Shown here: one piece after another, positions 64,000 to 64,000 of the stretch
Numbering within the stretch: position 1 is the first letter of the stretch
Layout of the letters: each line of letters starts with the position of its first letter
Virus record (IMG/VR): IMGVR_UViG_3300043219_000566
Coordinates: 62,001-126,000 of that record
Length of the DNA stretch: 64,000 bases
Strand: one strand, 5' to 3'
Position numbers and translations under genes: made by a program
Notes under the pieces: generated by a model
Databases searched by the model: none
What the model saw: only the letters and a program-made list of their open reading frames with translations
Told to the model about the DNA's origin: nothing

Positions 64000-64000
64000 G

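Noticed and set aside
1-64000. Stop-codon reassignment (genetic code 15 or 4)
   Set aside because: Genes are full length and tightly packed in the standard code, and TAG, TGA and TAA all occur at coupled gene ends.
47935-64000. Extracellular contractile injection system or T6SS rather than a phage
   Set aside because: A terminase, tape measure, sigma factor and phage-type accessory genes are present; no T6SS membrane complex or cellular housekeeping genes were seen.
1-64000. tRNA genes, CRISPR arrays, integrase or transposase
   Set aside because: No cloverleaf with T-loop in intergenic space, no regularly spaced repeats and no recombinase motifs were found by eye; a tRNAscan or CRISPR-finder run would confirm.

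Overview
A 64-kb slice of a large, GC-rich (about 60-65% by eye) contractile-tailed (myovirus-like) phage genome, read in the standard genetic code. Almost all genes are on the minus strand; the exceptions are a gpA-type large terminase (7717-9912) and two genes at 15416-16956. The right two-thirds (about 20.5-64 kb) is one long morphogenesis operon. In transcription order it runs: tail sheath (partial), tail tube, gp5/VgrG-like spike, tail assembly chaperone(s), tape measure, tube initiator, baseplate hub, an embedded sigma-70-family factor, gp25-like wedge, baseplate J, then a large block of tail-fibre/baseplate-periphery proteins that are Cys-rich and carry poly-serine tracts, a holin-like protein, a GT9+GT2 glycosyltransferase fusion, a CxxC membrane protein and a LamG protein. 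The left third is accessory: a MoxR-like AAA+/DUF2201-VWA pair, a degenerate DnaG-type primase fusion, lipoproteins, small ORFs, many intrinsic terminators and repeated intergenic elements. No tRNA, rRNA, CRISPR array, integrase, reverse transcriptase, major capsid or portal gene was recognised. The main hypothesis is a phage-encoded virion maturation module combining glycosylation of poly-Ser tracts with CxxC-mediated disulfide formation on Cys-rich fibres. Other highlights are a four-copy palindrome at gene ends, a five-member paralogous gene array, a C-x10-P-C repeat protein and a leader peptide whose stop codon lies in a terminator loop. A Planctomycetota (Phycisphaerae-like) host is suggested but is inference only. 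All family assignments come from motif recognition by eye; no database searches were run.
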